Source: Novosphingobium sp. UBA6272 (lineage in GTDB: Bacteria > Pseudomonadota > Alphaproteobacteria > Sphingomonadales > Sphingomonadaceae). Taken from it: 64,000 nucleotides of DNA. The first letter of the stretch is position 1. Each line of letters starts with the position of its first letter. Under the pieces are notes generated by a model. That model had not been told where the DNA came from. It made no database searches and saw only the letters and a list, made by a program, of their open reading frames with translations. Where the stretch lies: NCBI RefSeq assembly GCF_002440635.1, contig NZ_DJUW01000006.1, positions 29,016-93,015 on the forward strand, written 5' to 3'. The translations under genes and the position numbers were made by a program. Of the stretch, positions 1-9,521 are shown piece after piece.

Positions 1-48
1 AGCGCTTTGCCCTTGACCCTGCGCGGTCGCAACGCCACTTGTCCCCTC

Positions 49-531
49 ATGAGCGACACCGCCCCCGACAGCCTGATCCCCTATGACGAAATCGTGCAGG
101 AGGCGCTGCGCGCCGTGGTCGGCCGGGTGCTGGGCCAGGTCGTCGCTTCGGGCGGAACGCTGCCCGGCAGCCATCACTTCTACATCACCTTCAAGACGGA
201 GGCCCCGGGGGTCGAAATTCCCGCGCATCTGCACGAGCGCTTTCCTGACGAGATGACCATCGTGCTGCAGAACAAGTTCTGGGACCTGGTGGTCGAACCC
301 GAACAGTTCTCGGTCGGGCTGTCGTTCAACCAGATGCCGGCCAAGCTGGTAATTCCGTTCTCGGCGATCACCGCCTTCGTCGATCCGGCGGTCGATTTCG
401 GTCTGCAGTTCCAGGCCGTGGTGGCCGAGGAAGATGCCCCCGAACACGACGAGGCGGAGAATGACGGGCCGCCGGTCGGTGCCGACGACGGCTCCAACGT
501 CGTCAGCGTGGATTTCGGCCGGAAAAAGTAA
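49..531 (+). CDS. sspB: SspB-like ClpXP adaptor (stringent starvation protein B homologue)
   Basis: ORF 7..531. The core 'HHFYITF...DEMTIVLQNKFWDL' resembles alphaproteobacterial SspB. Acidic C-terminal tail. Start moved to the ATG at 49 (MSDTAPD). Confidence 0.65.
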   Translation: MSDTAPDSLIPYDEIVQEALRAVVGRVLGQVVASGGTLPGSHHFYITFKTEAPGVEIPAHLHERFPDEMTIVLQNKFWDLVVEPEQFSVGLSFNQMPAKLVIPFSAITAFVDPAVDFGLQFQAVVAEEDAPEHDEAENDGPPVGADDGSNVVSVDFGRKK

Positions 532-803
532 TGGCCGACAACCGCCTGATTGCGCGGATCGTGCGCCAGAATGGCGGCAAGCTGCTTAATGCCGCGATCG
601 ATACCCTGTTACCGGTCGATGCCGCAGCGGTTGGCAAGAAGTCGCTGCTGGGCGGCGTCATCGGGGCCGTTGCGGTCCGGGTCGCTACCCGCTCGGTGCC
701 CGGCGCGATCGTGGTCGGCGGGGCGGTGATCGCCAAGCGGCTCTATGACAAGCGCCGCGCTGCACCTGCCAAGAGTGCGCAAAAGCGCAAGTCCAAGGCT
801 TGA
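531..803 (+). CDS. small hypothetical protein (Gly/Ala/Val-rich hydrophobic core, basic tail)
   Basis: 90-aa ORF whose ATG overlaps the sspB stop (TAATG). No recognisable family. Confidence 0.4.
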   Translation: MADNRLIARIVRQNGGKLLNAAIDTLLPVDAAAVGKKSLLGGVIGAVAVRVATRSVPGAIVVGGAVIAKRLYDKRRAAPAKSAQKRKSKA

Positions 804-834
804 TTTGTCCCCCCGCGATGCGGCATCAGCGCGC

Positions 835-1488
835 ATGGCCGAAACTAGCAAGCATACAGGCGACCAGCTCCATCGCCGCGGGCTGATGCTCATCCTCTCT
901 TCGCCCTCGGGCGCGGGCAAGACCACGATCAGCCGGATGCTGCTTGATCGGGATGCCGAGATCGCCCTGTCGGTATCCGCCACCACCCGGCCCAAGCGCG
1001 CGGGCGAGGTTGACGGGGTCCACTATCACTTCGTCGAACAGGCCGAGTTTGACCGGATGGTCGAGGCCGACGAGTTCTACGAATGGGCCCGGGTCTTCGG
1101 CCATTGCTATGGCACCCCCAAGGCCCAGATCCGCGCTGGACTGAAAGAGGGGCAGGACTTCCTGTTCGACATCGACTGGCAGGGCACCCAGCAGCTTTAT
1201 CAGAAGGACCAGCAGGACGTGGTCCGGGTCTTCATCCTGCCCCCCAGCCTGGACGAACTGCAGCGCCGCCTGACCGGCCGCGGCACCGACAGCGCCGAAG
1301 TGATCGCCGCGCGGATGGACCGCGCCCGCGCCGAAATCAGCCACTGGGACGGCTACGACTATGTCGTGGTCAACGACGATGTCGAACTGTGCTTCGAAAA
1401 GGTTCGCGCCATCCTCCACGCCGAGCGGATGAAACGCGCGCGCCAGACCGGCCTGATCGGCTTCGTGCGGGAACTGATGCGGGATTAG
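835..1488 (+). CDS. gmk: guanylate kinase
   Basis: P-loop 'SSPSGAGKTT' and typical Gmk body. Start set at the internal ATG 835 (MAETSK) of ORF 745..1488. Confidence 0.9.
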   Translation: MAETSKHTGDQLHRRGLMLILSSPSGAGKTTISRMLLDRDAEIALSVSATTRPKRAGEVDGVHYHFVEQAEFDRMVEADEFYEWARVFGHCYGTPKAQIRAGLKEGQDFLFDIDWQGTQQLYQKDQQDVVRVFILPPSLDELQRRLTGRGTDSAEVIAARMDRARAEISHWDGYDYVVVNDDVELCFEKVRAILHAERMKRARQTGLIGFVRELMRD

Positions 1489-2369
1489 GGCCAGCCGGCC
1501 CGCGCCGTATCCACCTCAACCACCAGCACCTTGCCGAGCGGTGCCTTGGCCGCTTCGGTGGCATCGCTGCTCGGTGCGACCAGCATGAACAGGTGTTTGC
1601 CGTCCGGTCCGCCCAGCATGCAGGCGAAACAGGGCAAGCCGGTTTCGATCAAGTCCAGCACTTCGCCGCCGGGCGCGATCAGCGCGCATTCGGGGGCGAG
1701 CGGATTGGCGATCCAGACCGCGCCGCTGGCATCCAGGCAGATCCCGTCGGGCACGCGCGGCCAGGTCGGGGCGAAGAGGCGGCGGCCGGTCAGCGTGCCG
1801 TCGGCGCCGATGTCGAACAGGCTGAGCCGCCCGCCCAGCGTTTCGGCCACCACCATGGTCAGCCCGTCAGGCTTGATCACCATGCCGTTGGGAAAGCTGA
1901 AGCGTTCGCCCGGCGCCGCATCGCTGACGCTGCCATCCGCCTGGACCAGCGCGAGGCAGGTCTGCGGATGGTCGGCGATCACGCTTTCCGGCCCGCGGGC
2001 ATGCAATTCGGCGTCGAGATCGAACCCGAAGTTGCCGACATAGGCGCGGCCCTGCCCGTCAACCACCATGTCGTTGCAGAGGAAGGCGGAATGGCCGGTC
2101 AGGTCGGCATGGCGTTCGAACCGGCCGTCCGGCCAGCGCCGCCAGACTTCGCGCAGTTCCATCCGCACCACCAGCAGCGAACCGTCGGGCATCCAGCCCA
2201 GGCCCGATGGGCGGCCTTCCAGTTCGAGCTCGGTGCGCAGGTCGCCGTCCAGCGAGACCGAGCAGACCCGGCTTGAATAGAAGTCCGAAAGCCACAGCCG
2301 CCCGTCATGCCAGCGCGGCCCTTCGCCGAAATGAATACCTTCAGCGACGGTGCGGACCGCGCGGCTCAT
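1485..2369 (-). CDS. SMP-30/gluconolactonase/LRE-family (lactonase-like beta-propeller) protein
   Basis: N-terminus 'GEGPRWHDGRLWLSD' and repeated propeller-like blades. Start at ATG 2369 (MSRAVRT). Confidence 0.8.
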   Translation of the reverse strand: MSRAVRTVAEGIHFGEGPRWHDGRLWLSDFYSSRVCSVSLDGDLRTELELEGRPSGLGWMPDGSLLVVRMELREVWRRWPDGRFERHADLTGHSAFLCNDMVVDGQGRAYVGNFGFDLDAELHARGPESVIADHPQTCLALVQADGSVSDAAPGERFSFPNGMVIKPDGLTMVVAETLGGRLSLFDIGADGTLTGRRLFAPTWPRVPDGICLDASGAVWIANPLAPECALIAPGGEVLDLIETGLPCFACMLGGPDGKHLFMLVAPSSDATEAAKAPLGKVLVVEVDTARAGWP

Positions 2370-2370
2370 C

Positions 2371-3186
2371 TCAATGCCCCGAAGGATCGTTGAACACTTC
2401 CGGGATCCAGGCGTTGACGATCCCGCCGTCGATCGGGATCGTGGTGCCGACAACATAATCGCCGGCCCGGCTGGCGAGATAGATCGCGCCGCCGGCGATA
2501 TCCTCGGCCACGCCGATCCGCTTGTAGGGGATACCCTTGGCGCTGCCTTCGGGGTTCTTGGCAGCGGCCTTGTTCATCTCGCTGGGGTAGGCCCCGGGGG
2601 CGATGCAGGTGACCACGATGTTATCCTTGATCAGCCGTGCCGCCATCCGCTTGGTCAGGTGGATCACGGCTGCCTTGGAGGCCTGATAGCTGTAGGTTTC
2701 CCACGGATTGGGGCGCAGCCCGTCGATCGAGGCGATGTTGATCACCTTGGCCGGGCGGTCAAAGCTGGCGGCGGCATTCAGCAGCGGGTGCAGCTTTTGC
2801 GTGAGGAAGAACAGCGACTTGACGTTAAGGTCCATGACCTTGTCCCAGCCCGCTTCGGGGAACTCGTCGAACTCCGCGCCCCAGGCCGCGCCAGCATTGT
2901 TGACCAGTACGTCGAGCCGGGTTTCGCGCTCGGTGAGCGCGTCGGCGACACGCTTGATCTCGTCCATCTGGGAAAGATCGCCGGGCAAGCCGATCACCTT
3001 GCCGGGGTATTCGGCCTCGAACTCGGCCAGCGTCTCGGCGATCTGTTCGCGCTTGCGGGCGGTGATGTAGACCTTCTCGCAGCCGGCGGCGAGGAAGCCT
3101 TCGAGCAGCATCTTGCCGATCCCGCGGCTGCCGCCGGTGATCAGCGCGATCTTGCCTTCAAGGCTGAACAGTTTGGTGAAATCCAT
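2371..3186 (-). CDS. SDR-family oxidoreductase
   Basis: 'TGGSRGIG' cofactor motif and 'YQASKAA' catalytic YxxxK. Confidence 0.85.
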   Translation of the reverse strand: MDFTKLFSLEGKIALITGGSRGIGKMLLEGFLAAGCEKVYITARKREQIAETLAEFEAEYPGKVIGLPGDLSQMDEIKRVADALTERETRLDVLVNNAGAAWGAEFDEFPEAGWDKVMDLNVKSLFFLTQKLHPLLNAAASFDRPAKVINIASIDGLRPNPWETYSYQASKAAVIHLTKRMAARLIKDNIVVTCIAPGAYPSEMNKAAAKNPEGSAKGIPYKRIGVAEDIAGGAIYLASRAGDYVVGTTIPIDGGIVNAWIPEVFNDPSGH

Positions 3187-3201
3187 TGTTTCTCTCCTAC
3201 T

Positions 3202-3223
3202 CCCCTCCCGCTTGCGGGAGGGG
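3202..3223. repeat. REP-like GC hairpin CCCCTCCCGC-tt-GCGGGAGGGG
   Basis: Perfect 10-bp stem between two co-oriented genes. The same stem sequence recurs at 4463..4484, with a variant at 53162..53182. Confidence 0.8.
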
Positions 3224-3232
3224 GATTGCGGA

Positions 3233-4372
3233 CTAATACCCGCTCAGTTGCGCAACCTTGTCGGCGTGATAGTACAGGTCGCCCATGAACTCCGCCAGCG
3301 CGCGGTCGCGCTTCATGTAGAGGCCGATGTCGTATTCGTCGGTCATGCCGATCCCGCCGTGCATCTGCACGCCTTCCTTGACCGCCAGCCCGGCCGCCTT
3401 GCCGGCCTTGGCCTTGGCGACCGAGACCATCAGTTCGGCCTTCTCGCTGCCGGCATCGAGCAGCTGCTGGGCCTTGATCACCGTGGCGCGGGCAATCTCG
3501 AGTTCGGAATAGAGGTGCGCCGCACGGTGCTGCAGCGCCTGGAATTCGCCGATCAGCTTGCCGAACTGCTTGCGCTGCTTGAGGTAGGTGGTGGTCATTT
3601 CGAAGCTGCCCATGGCAACCCCGACGCTTTCCGCCGCCGCGCCGACCCGGCCGGCATTGAGCACGCGATTGAGCACCGCGCGCCCGCCATCGACCTCGCC
3701 GATCACCGCATCGGCATCGAGCTGGACCGCGTCGAGCTTCACATGCGCGCCCTGCGACGAATCGACCAGCCGGACCACGTCCATGCTCAGGCCCGCCGCA
3801 TCCTTCGGCACCGCGAACAGGGTGACGCCGTCCTGGTCATCGTCCGCTCCGGCCGTGCGCGCGGCGACCACCAGCATGTCGGCGCTGCCACCCTGGACCA
3901 CGAAGGCCTTGGAGCCTGACAGCTTGAAGCCGTTGCCTGACCGTTCGGCCCGGGTGGCGATCCGCTCGGGCCGGTGCTTCGGCCCTTCGTCGATCGCCAC
4001 GGCGAAGACGCTGTCGCCGGCCAGCAATCCGGGCAGATAACGGCCCTTGAGATCGTCCGAGGCGGCGGCCAGCGCCGTCGCGGCCATAACCGAGCTGGTC
4101 AGGAACGGCGAGGGGGTAAGATTGCGGCCGATCTCCTCGAGCACGATCCCGGCCTCGACATTGCCCATGCCGAGCCCGCCATCGGCCTCGCCCACGAGGA
4201 TCCCGGTAAAGCCCATTTCGGCGAACTGCTTCCACAAGGCGTGGCCGAAACCGTCCTTGCAATTGATGTCGCGGAAATGGCGCAGCTGCTTGGCGATATT
4301 GCCTTCATCGGCCATGAAACCGCGCGCGGTATCGGCCAGCATCGCCTGATCTTCGGTGTGGTAGAGCGGCAT
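3233..4372 (-). CDS. acyl-CoA dehydrogenase family protein
   Basis: ACAD fold signature through the sequence ('GGIGMTDEYDIGLYMKR' C-terminal region). Start at ATG 4372 (MPLYHTEDQ). Confidence 0.85.
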   Translation of the reverse strand: MPLYHTEDQAMLADTARGFMADEGNIAKQLRHFRDINCKDGFGHALWKQFAEMGFTGILVGEADGGLGMGNVEAGIVLEEIGRNLTPSPFLTSSVMAATALAAASDDLKGRYLPGLLAGDSVFAVAIDEGPKHRPERIATRAERSGNGFKLSGSKAFVVQGGSADMLVVAARTAGADDDQDGVTLFAVPKDAAGLSMDVVRLVDSSQGAHVKLDAVQLDADAVIGEVDGGRAVLNRVLNAGRVGAAAESVGVAMGSFEMTTTYLKQRKQFGKLIGEFQALQHRAAHLYSELEIARATVIKAQQLLDAGSEKAELMVSVAKAKAGKAAGLAVKEGVQMHGGIGMTDEYDIGLYMKRDRALAEFMGDLYYHADKVAQLSGY

Positions 4373-4387
4373 TTTGGTCTCTCCAGT

Positions 4388-4484
4388 CCCCCTCCCGCAG
4401 GCGAGAGGGGTTAGGGGTGGGTCTGTGAAGGGGTGTGCGTCGGCTGACTGGCCCACCCCCGACCCCTCCCGCATGCGGGAGGGG
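4388..4484. repeat. composite REP-like element (two CCCCTCCC/GGGAGGGG-type hairpins plus GGGGTGGG/CCCACCCC)
   Basis: Imperfect hairpin at 4388..4410 and a perfect CCCCTCCCGC-at-GCGGGAGGGG hairpin at 4463..4484, in the gap between two ACAD genes. Confidence 0.75.
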
Positions 4485-4493
4485 AGAATGCGG

Positions 4494-5654
4494 TCACGCT
4501 CCCGGCAGATCGAGAATGCGTTTGGAAATCACGTTGAGCATCACCTCGCTGGTGCCGCCCTCGATCGAATTGGCCTTGGTCCGCAGCCACGAACGCGCCT
4601 TGCCGCCGTGGTTGGAACTTTCGCTTTCCCATTCGAGCGCGGCCGAGCCGCCGGCCGCCATCAGCAGTTCGTGGCGGCGCTTGTTGAGTTCGGTTCCGGC
4701 GTATTTCATCATGTTCGGCTGGGCGGGGTGCGCCTTGCCGACCTTGATTTCATCGAGGAACTTTTCGCCCATCGCGCTGAAGGCCAGCGCATCGACATCG
4801 AACATCGCGAGTTCCGCGCGCAGCAGCGGGTCTTCGAGGCCATTGCGCTTGGCAAAGGCGCCGATGGTGTTGAGCCGGTCGTTGCCGCCCGCGCCCGAAA
4901 TCATCTCACGCTCATGGCCGAGCAGGTACTTGGCGACGTCCCAGCCGCGGCCCACCTCGCCGACGATCTGGTGCTTGGGCACCGAGACATTGTCGAAGAA
5001 GGTTTCGCAGAACGGCGAATTGCCGCTGATCAGCAGGATCGGCTTGGTCGAGACGCCGGGGCTTTCCATGTCGAACAGCAGGAACGAGATGCCCTGGTAC
5101 TTGTTGGCCTTGTCAGTCCGGACCAGACAGAAGATCCAGTCAGCCTTGTCGGCGTAGCTTGTCCAGATCTTCTGGCCGTTGACCACCCAGTGGTCGCCCT
5201 TGTCTTCGCCGAAAGTCTGCAAGCTGACGAGGTCCGAGCCCGAGCCGGGTTCCGAATAGCCCTGGCACCAGCGAATTTCGCCGCGGGCGATCTGGTTCAG
5301 GTAGTGGACCTTCTGCTCTTCGCTGCCGAACTTGAGCAGCGCCGGGCCGAGCATCCAGATCCCGAACGAGGACAGCGGCGGACGCGCGCCGATCCGGTTC
5401 ATTTCCTCGCGCCAGACCTTGGCCTGGGCCGGATCGAGACCCGCGCCGCCATAGGGCTTGGGCCAGTCGGGCACGGTGTAGCCCTTGGCCGCGCAGCGCT
5501 CCAGCCAGAGCTTCTGGGCTTCGTTCTTGAACTTGAACTTGCGGCCGCCCCAGCACACGTCGTCATCGTCGCGGACCGGCTCGCGCATTTCGGGCGGGCA
5601 GTTTTCTTCAAGCCAGGCGCGAATTTCCGCGCGGAAGGCATCAAGGTCTGACAT
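4494..5654 (-). CDS. acyl-CoA dehydrogenase family protein
   Basis: 386-aa ORF with ACAD N-, middle- and C-terminal domain-like sequence. An AGAGGAG RBS precedes ATG 5654. Confidence 0.85.
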   Translation of the reverse strand: MSDLDAFRAEIRAWLEENCPPEMREPVRDDDDVCWGGRKFKFKNEAQKLWLERCAAKGYTVPDWPKPYGGAGLDPAQAKVWREEMNRIGARPPLSSFGIWMLGPALLKFGSEEQKVHYLNQIARGEIRWCQGYSEPGSGSDLVSLQTFGEDKGDHWVVNGQKIWTSYADKADWIFCLVRTDKANKYQGISFLLFDMESPGVSTKPILLISGNSPFCETFFDNVSVPKHQIVGEVGRGWDVAKYLLGHEREMISGAGGNDRLNTIGAFAKRNGLEDPLLRAELAMFDVDALAFSAMGEKFLDEIKVGKAHPAQPNMMKYAGTELNKRRHELLMAAGGSAALEWESESSNHGGKARSWLRTKANSIEGGTSEVMLNVISKRILDLPGA

Positions 5655-5671
5655 GGATCAAGACTCCTCTC

Positions 5672-5687
5672 TTAATCGAGAGGTTAA
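5672..5687. promoter_or_regulatory. operator-like palindrome TTAATCGAGAGGTTAA (site S1)
   Basis: AT-rich 16-mer in the divergent ACAD/SDR intergenic region. It shares 11/16 invariant positions with the sites at 8116 and 38195. Confidence 0.55.
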
Positions 5688-5813
5688 AGGGACTCGGGGC
5701 CAGCGTGCAAGCGCGGATTTCTGCGCCCCGCTTGCCGTAGCGTAAAGGCGAAGAGCGTTGACCGGGACGCTTGCCGTCCTAAGCTGGACGCAAACAAGGG
5801 ATAAGGAGAGGCC

Positions 5814-6668
5814 ATGCGATTCTCGGGCAAATGCGTCGTCATCACCGGTGCGGCGTCGGGTATCGGCCGGGCGGCGACGCTGCTGTTTTCGCGCGAGGGT
5901 GCCACGGTTTTTGCCGCCGACCTCAACCTGGCCGGAGCCGAAGCCGTAGCGCGCGAGGGCGAGAATATTATCCCTGCTTCCTGCGATGTCTGCGACGTGG
6001 TCCAGATCAAGTCGCTGATGGACCATGCCGCCGGAACCTGCGGCGGAATCGATGTGGTATTCAACAATGCCGCTGCGGGCGGAGCCCGCGGAACGATCGA
6101 AGAAGTCGATGCCGAGGGGTGGGATCGCACCATGGATTTGGTGCTGCGCTCGGTAGCGATGGGGATTCACCATGCCGTGCCGCATATGAAGCACCGCAAA
6201 GGGGCCTCGATAATCAATACCAGTTCGGTTGCGGCGATCAGCCCGGGCTTTTCGCCGACTGCCTATGCCGTGGCCAAGGCCGGGGTCTTGCACCTGACCA
6301 AGTGTGCGGCGGCTGATTTGGCCAAGCATGGAATCCGCGTGAACGCGGTCCAGCCCGGCTTCATCAATACCAACATCTTCACCTCAGCGCTCGAAATGCC
6401 GGCTGAAATGGTCGAACAGGCAAGGGCGATGATCCTGCAGATGACCTCAAATGCCCAGCCGGTTGCCCGGCCCGGCATGCCCGATGACATTGCCAATGCA
6501 GTCGCCTTCCTGGCCAGCGATGCCGCTGGTTTCATGACAGGCGTTTCATTGGTCGTCGATGGCGGGATGACGGTCGGCCCCAGGCATAGCTGGGATCCGG
6601 AAGCGCCCAGACTGTTCGATGCCTTGCAGGGCATGGCCGAAGCCGCCGGGGTGGCCCCGGCCCAGTGA
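5814..6668 (+). CDS. SDR-family oxidoreductase
   Basis: 'TGAASGIG' motif and 'YAVAKAG' YxxxK. An AAGGAGAGG RBS lies upstream. Confidence 0.85.
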   Translation: MRFSGKCVVITGAASGIGRAATLLFSREGATVFAADLNLAGAEAVAREGENIIPASCDVCDVVQIKSLMDHAAGTCGGIDVVFNNAAAGGARGTIEEVDAEGWDRTMDLVLRSVAMGIHHAVPHMKHRKGASIINTSSVAAISPGFSPTAYAVAKAGVLHLTKCAAADLAKHGIRVNAVQPGFINTNIFTSALEMPAEMVEQARAMILQMTSNAQPVARPGMPDDIANAVAFLASDAAGFMTGVSLVVDGGMTVGPRHSWDPEAPRLFDALQGMAEAAGVAPAQ

Positions 6669-8119
6669 CCGCAACCCACTTTGTCCCCGCAGCCGAGCGG
6701 CTGCCGCTGCGCATCAAGCTGGGCAATGGCCTGGGCTCGATGGCCTATGGCGTAAAGGACAACGGTTTCGCCACGCTGCTGCTGCTGTTTTACAGTCAGG
6801 TTCTGGGGCTGGATGCGCAGCTGGTCGGGCTGATCCTGCTGGTTGCCTTGCTGCTCGATGCGATGATCGATCCGCTGGTCGGCTATTGGAGTGACAAGAC
6901 CCACAGCAAATGGGGCAAGCGCCATCCGTGGATGTATGGCGCGATCCTGCCGATGGCGGGCGCATGGGTCATGCTTTGGCATCCGCCCACTACCAGCGCC
7001 GGCTGGCTCTATGGCTACCTTCTGCTGTTTGCTTTCCTGATGCGCGCCGCGGTGTCGTGCTACGAGATCCCGGCGCTGTCGGTGGTTCCCGGCCTGACCA
7101 GCGACTACGACGAGCGAACTTCGATTACGCGCTGGCGCTTTATTTTTGCCTGGGCCGGAGGCCTTGCCATGCTGATGCTGGCCTTCGGCGTGTTCCTGGT
7201 GCCATCGGCGCGCTATCCGGTCGGCCAGCTCAACCTTGATGGATACGGCTATTACGGCTGGACCGGAGCGGGCATCATGGTCTTCGCGGCGCTGATTGCG
7301 GCGCTTTCCACTCACCGCCGGATTGCTCGGCTCGATAGCGAGCCGCCGGTCCATCTGCCGCTGGGCAAGACCGTCCGCAAGATCGGCCGAACCCTGGCCA
7401 ACCATGCCTTTCTGGTCCTGCTGGCAACGACTTTGTTTGGCTACATCAACCTCGGCATGGCCTATTCGACCGCCACCTATATCCTGACCTATTATTGGGA
7501 AATGCCGCAGGCCGGGTTCCTGGTATACTCGGTCTCGCTGTTCGTGGGGGTAATCGGCGCGTTCCTGCTGATCGGGTTCCTGCAAAGCCGGATCGAGAAG
7601 CGCACTGGCGGCGTTGTCTGCTTGCTGCTTTCGCTGGCCTTTGGGCTTTCGCCGTACCTGCTCCGCTTTGCCGGATTTTTCCCTGAGAACGGGCATGCAG
7701 CCTTGATCCCGGTGCTGTTCACACTGGTGACCGTGTCCAACGGTCTGGCAGTGGCGGCCGGGATGCTGATCCAGTCGATGGGGGCGGACATCATCGAGGC
7801 CTCGCAGGAACGGACCGGAGAGCGGACCGAGGGCCTGTTCTTCTCGGCCTATTTCTTCACCCAGAAATGCGCGACCGGGGTCGGGATTTTCCTGGCCGGA
7901 AGTATCGTCAGCGGTTCGGGGTTCCCGGCCCAGGCGCGACCGGGGGAAGTGTCTGCCGCCGTGCTCGACCAGTTCGCGATCTATTTCGTGATCGCCTATG
8001 CCGTGCTGACCGTGCTGGGTATCGCAGCGATCTCGCGGTTTCCGATCTCACGGGCCGATCATGAACGCCGGATCGCAAACCTCGCTACAGCAAGGTCGGC
8101 CAGTGACAATTCGACTTAA
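6665..8119 (+). CDS. MFS transporter (glycoside-pentoside-hexuronide-like)
   Basis: 484 aa with about 12 hydrophobic segments. The N-terminal 'LGSMAYGVKDNGFATLLLLFYSQVLG' is typical of GPH/MFS_2. 4-nt overlap with the upstream SDR gene. Confidence 0.8.
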   Translation: MTATHFVPAAERLPLRIKLGNGLGSMAYGVKDNGFATLLLLFYSQVLGLDAQLVGLILLVALLLDAMIDPLVGYWSDKTHSKWGKRHPWMYGAILPMAGAWVMLWHPPTTSAGWLYGYLLLFAFLMRAAVSCYEIPALSVVPGLTSDYDERTSITRWRFIFAWAGGLAMLMLAFGVFLVPSARYPVGQLNLDGYGYYGWTGAGIMVFAALIAALSTHRRIARLDSEPPVHLPLGKTVRKIGRTLANHAFLVLLATTLFGYINLGMAYSTATYILTYYWEMPQAGFLVYSVSLFVGVIGAFLLIGFLQSRIEKRTGGVVCLLLSLAFGLSPYLLRFAGFFPENGHAALIPVLFTLVTVSNGLAVAAGMLIQSMGADIIEASQERTGERTEGLFFSAYFFTQKCATGVGIFLAGSIVSGSGFPAQARPGEVSAAVLDQFAIYFVIAYAVLTVLGIAAISRFPISRADHERRIANLATARSASDNST

Positions 8120-8131
8120 CCGAACGATTAA
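8116..8131. promoter_or_regulatory. operator-like palindrome TTAACCGAACGATTAA (site S2)
   Basis: Overlaps the MFS stop codon and lies 75 nt upstream of the ACAD at 8206. It differs from site S3 at only 2 of 16 positions. Confidence 0.55.
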
Positions 8132-8205
8132 TTCGTCCTTGGCGCGGCCCTCGGGTCGTGGCAGGGAAGCCACCGAGACTCGACAGTATCAGGAAAGGAT
8201 GACCG

Positions 8206-9489
8206 ATGGATTTTGATCCCACCGAACGCCAAGTCTACTGGCGCGACCGCGTCCGTGATTTCATCGAGGCGCATGTCCGTCCGCGCGTGAGCGACTACAA
8301 GCGCGAGGATGCGCAGGGCGAGCGCTGGAAGGTGCTGCAGGTCGTCGAAGAGGAAAAGGCCAGGGCCAAGGCCCAGGGCATCTGGAACCTGTTCATGCCG
8401 CCGCAGATGGGCCGCAGCCATGTCGACGATACCTTCGAATTCGAAGGCCCGGGCCTGACCAACCTCGAATATGCGCTCTGCGCCGAGGAAATGGGCCGGG
8501 TCGGCTTTGCCAGCGAAGTGTTCAACTGCTCGGCCCCCGACACCGGCAACATGGAAGTGTTCCATCGTTACGGCACGCGCGAGCAGAAGGAACAGTGGCT
8601 CAAGCCCCTGATGAACGGCGAGATCCGTTCGGCCTTCCTGATGACCGAGCCGCAGGTTGCTTCGTCAGACGCGACCAACATCGAATGCTCGATCAAGCGC
8701 GAGGGCGATGAATACGTGCTCAACGGCACCAAATGGTGGTCGTCGGGCGCCGGCGATCCGCGCTGCAAGATCGCGATCGTGATGGGCAAGACCGATTTCG
8801 AGGCCAAGAAGCACGCCCAGCAATCGATGGTGCTGATGGAACTCGATTCCCCCGGCGTCGAAATCGTCCGCCACCTGCCGGTGTTCGGCTATGACGATGC
8901 GCCCCACGGGCACATGGAAATCAAGCTCAACAACGTCCGCATCCCCGCTTCGAACATGCTGCTGGGCGAAGGCCGCGGGTTCGAGATCGCGCAAGGGCGC
9001 CTCGGGCCGGGCCGCATCCACCACTGCATGCGCACCATCGGTGTCGCCGAAGAAGCGCTGGAGCGGATGGTTCGCCGGCTTTCGAGCCGTGTCGCTTTCG
9101 GCAAGCCGATCTCGACCCACTCGATCTGGGAACAGCGCATCGCCGAAGCCCGGATCGAGATCGAATGCTCGCGGCTGCTCTGCCTCAAGGCCGCCGACAT
9201 GATGGACAAGGTCGGCAACAAGGCCGCCCAGGCCGAAATCGCGATGATCAAGGTCAAGGCGCCCAACATGGCGCTCAAGATCATCGACGATGCGATCCAG
9301 GCCCACGGCGGCGGCGGTGTCTCGGAAGACTTCGGTCTCGCCAAGATGTACGCCGGCCAGCGCACGCTGCGCATCGCCGACGGTCCGGACGAGGTCCACA
9401 ACCGCTCGATCGCGCGGCTGGAAATGGGCAAGTATGCGCCGCAGGCACCCTCGGGCCCGAGCTCGGGTGATCTTGGGGTTGCGCGGTAA
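8206..9489 (+). CDS. ACAD10/ACAD11-type acyl-CoA dehydrogenase
   Basis: Long collinear similarity to the ACAD domain of ACAD10/11 as I recall it ('GIWNLF', '[14 protein letters not shown]', '[11 protein letters not shown]', '[13 protein letters not shown]', '[10 protein letters not shown]'). Confidence 0.9.
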   Translation: MDFDPTERQVYWRDRVRDFIEAHVRPRVSDYKREDAQGERWKVLQVVEEEKARAKAQGIWNLFMPPQMGRSHVDDTFEFEGPGLTNLEYALCAEEMGRVGFASEVFNCSAPDTGNMEVFHRYGTREQKEQWLKPLMNGEIRSAFLMTEPQVASSDATNIECSIKREGDEYVLNGTKWWSSGAGDPRCKIAIVMGKTDFEAKKHAQQSMVLMELDSPGVEIVRHLPVFGYDDAPHGHMEIKLNNVRIPASNMLLGEGRGFEIAQGRLGPGRIHHCMRTIGVAEEALERMVRRLSSRVAFGKPISTHSIWEQRIAEARIEIECSRLLCLKAADMMDKVGNKAAQAEIAMIKVKAPNMALKIIDDAIQAHGGGGVSEDFGLAKMYAGQRTLRIADGPDEVHNRSIARLEMGKYAPQAPSGPSSGDLGVAR

Positions 9490-9521
9490 GCAAATGTAGC
9501 GTGCGGGGTTGACGTTCGGTC

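Noticed and set aside
1083-2276. Long Arg/Pro/Gly-rich ORFs antisense to or out of frame with good genes. Examples: 1083..2276, 6263..7696, 13198..14703, 46047..47534, 55030..56556, 58873..61152 and 61023..62549.
   Set aside because: These are typical high-GC shadow ORFs. Their composition is low-complexity, they fully overlap genes that have clear family signatures, and they have no motifs of their own.
8121-8139. A second palindrome ACGA-TTAAT-TCGT overlapping site S2.
   Set aside because: The arms are short (4-5 bp), and the sequence is more economically explained as the right half of the 16-bp S2 site shared with S1 and S3.
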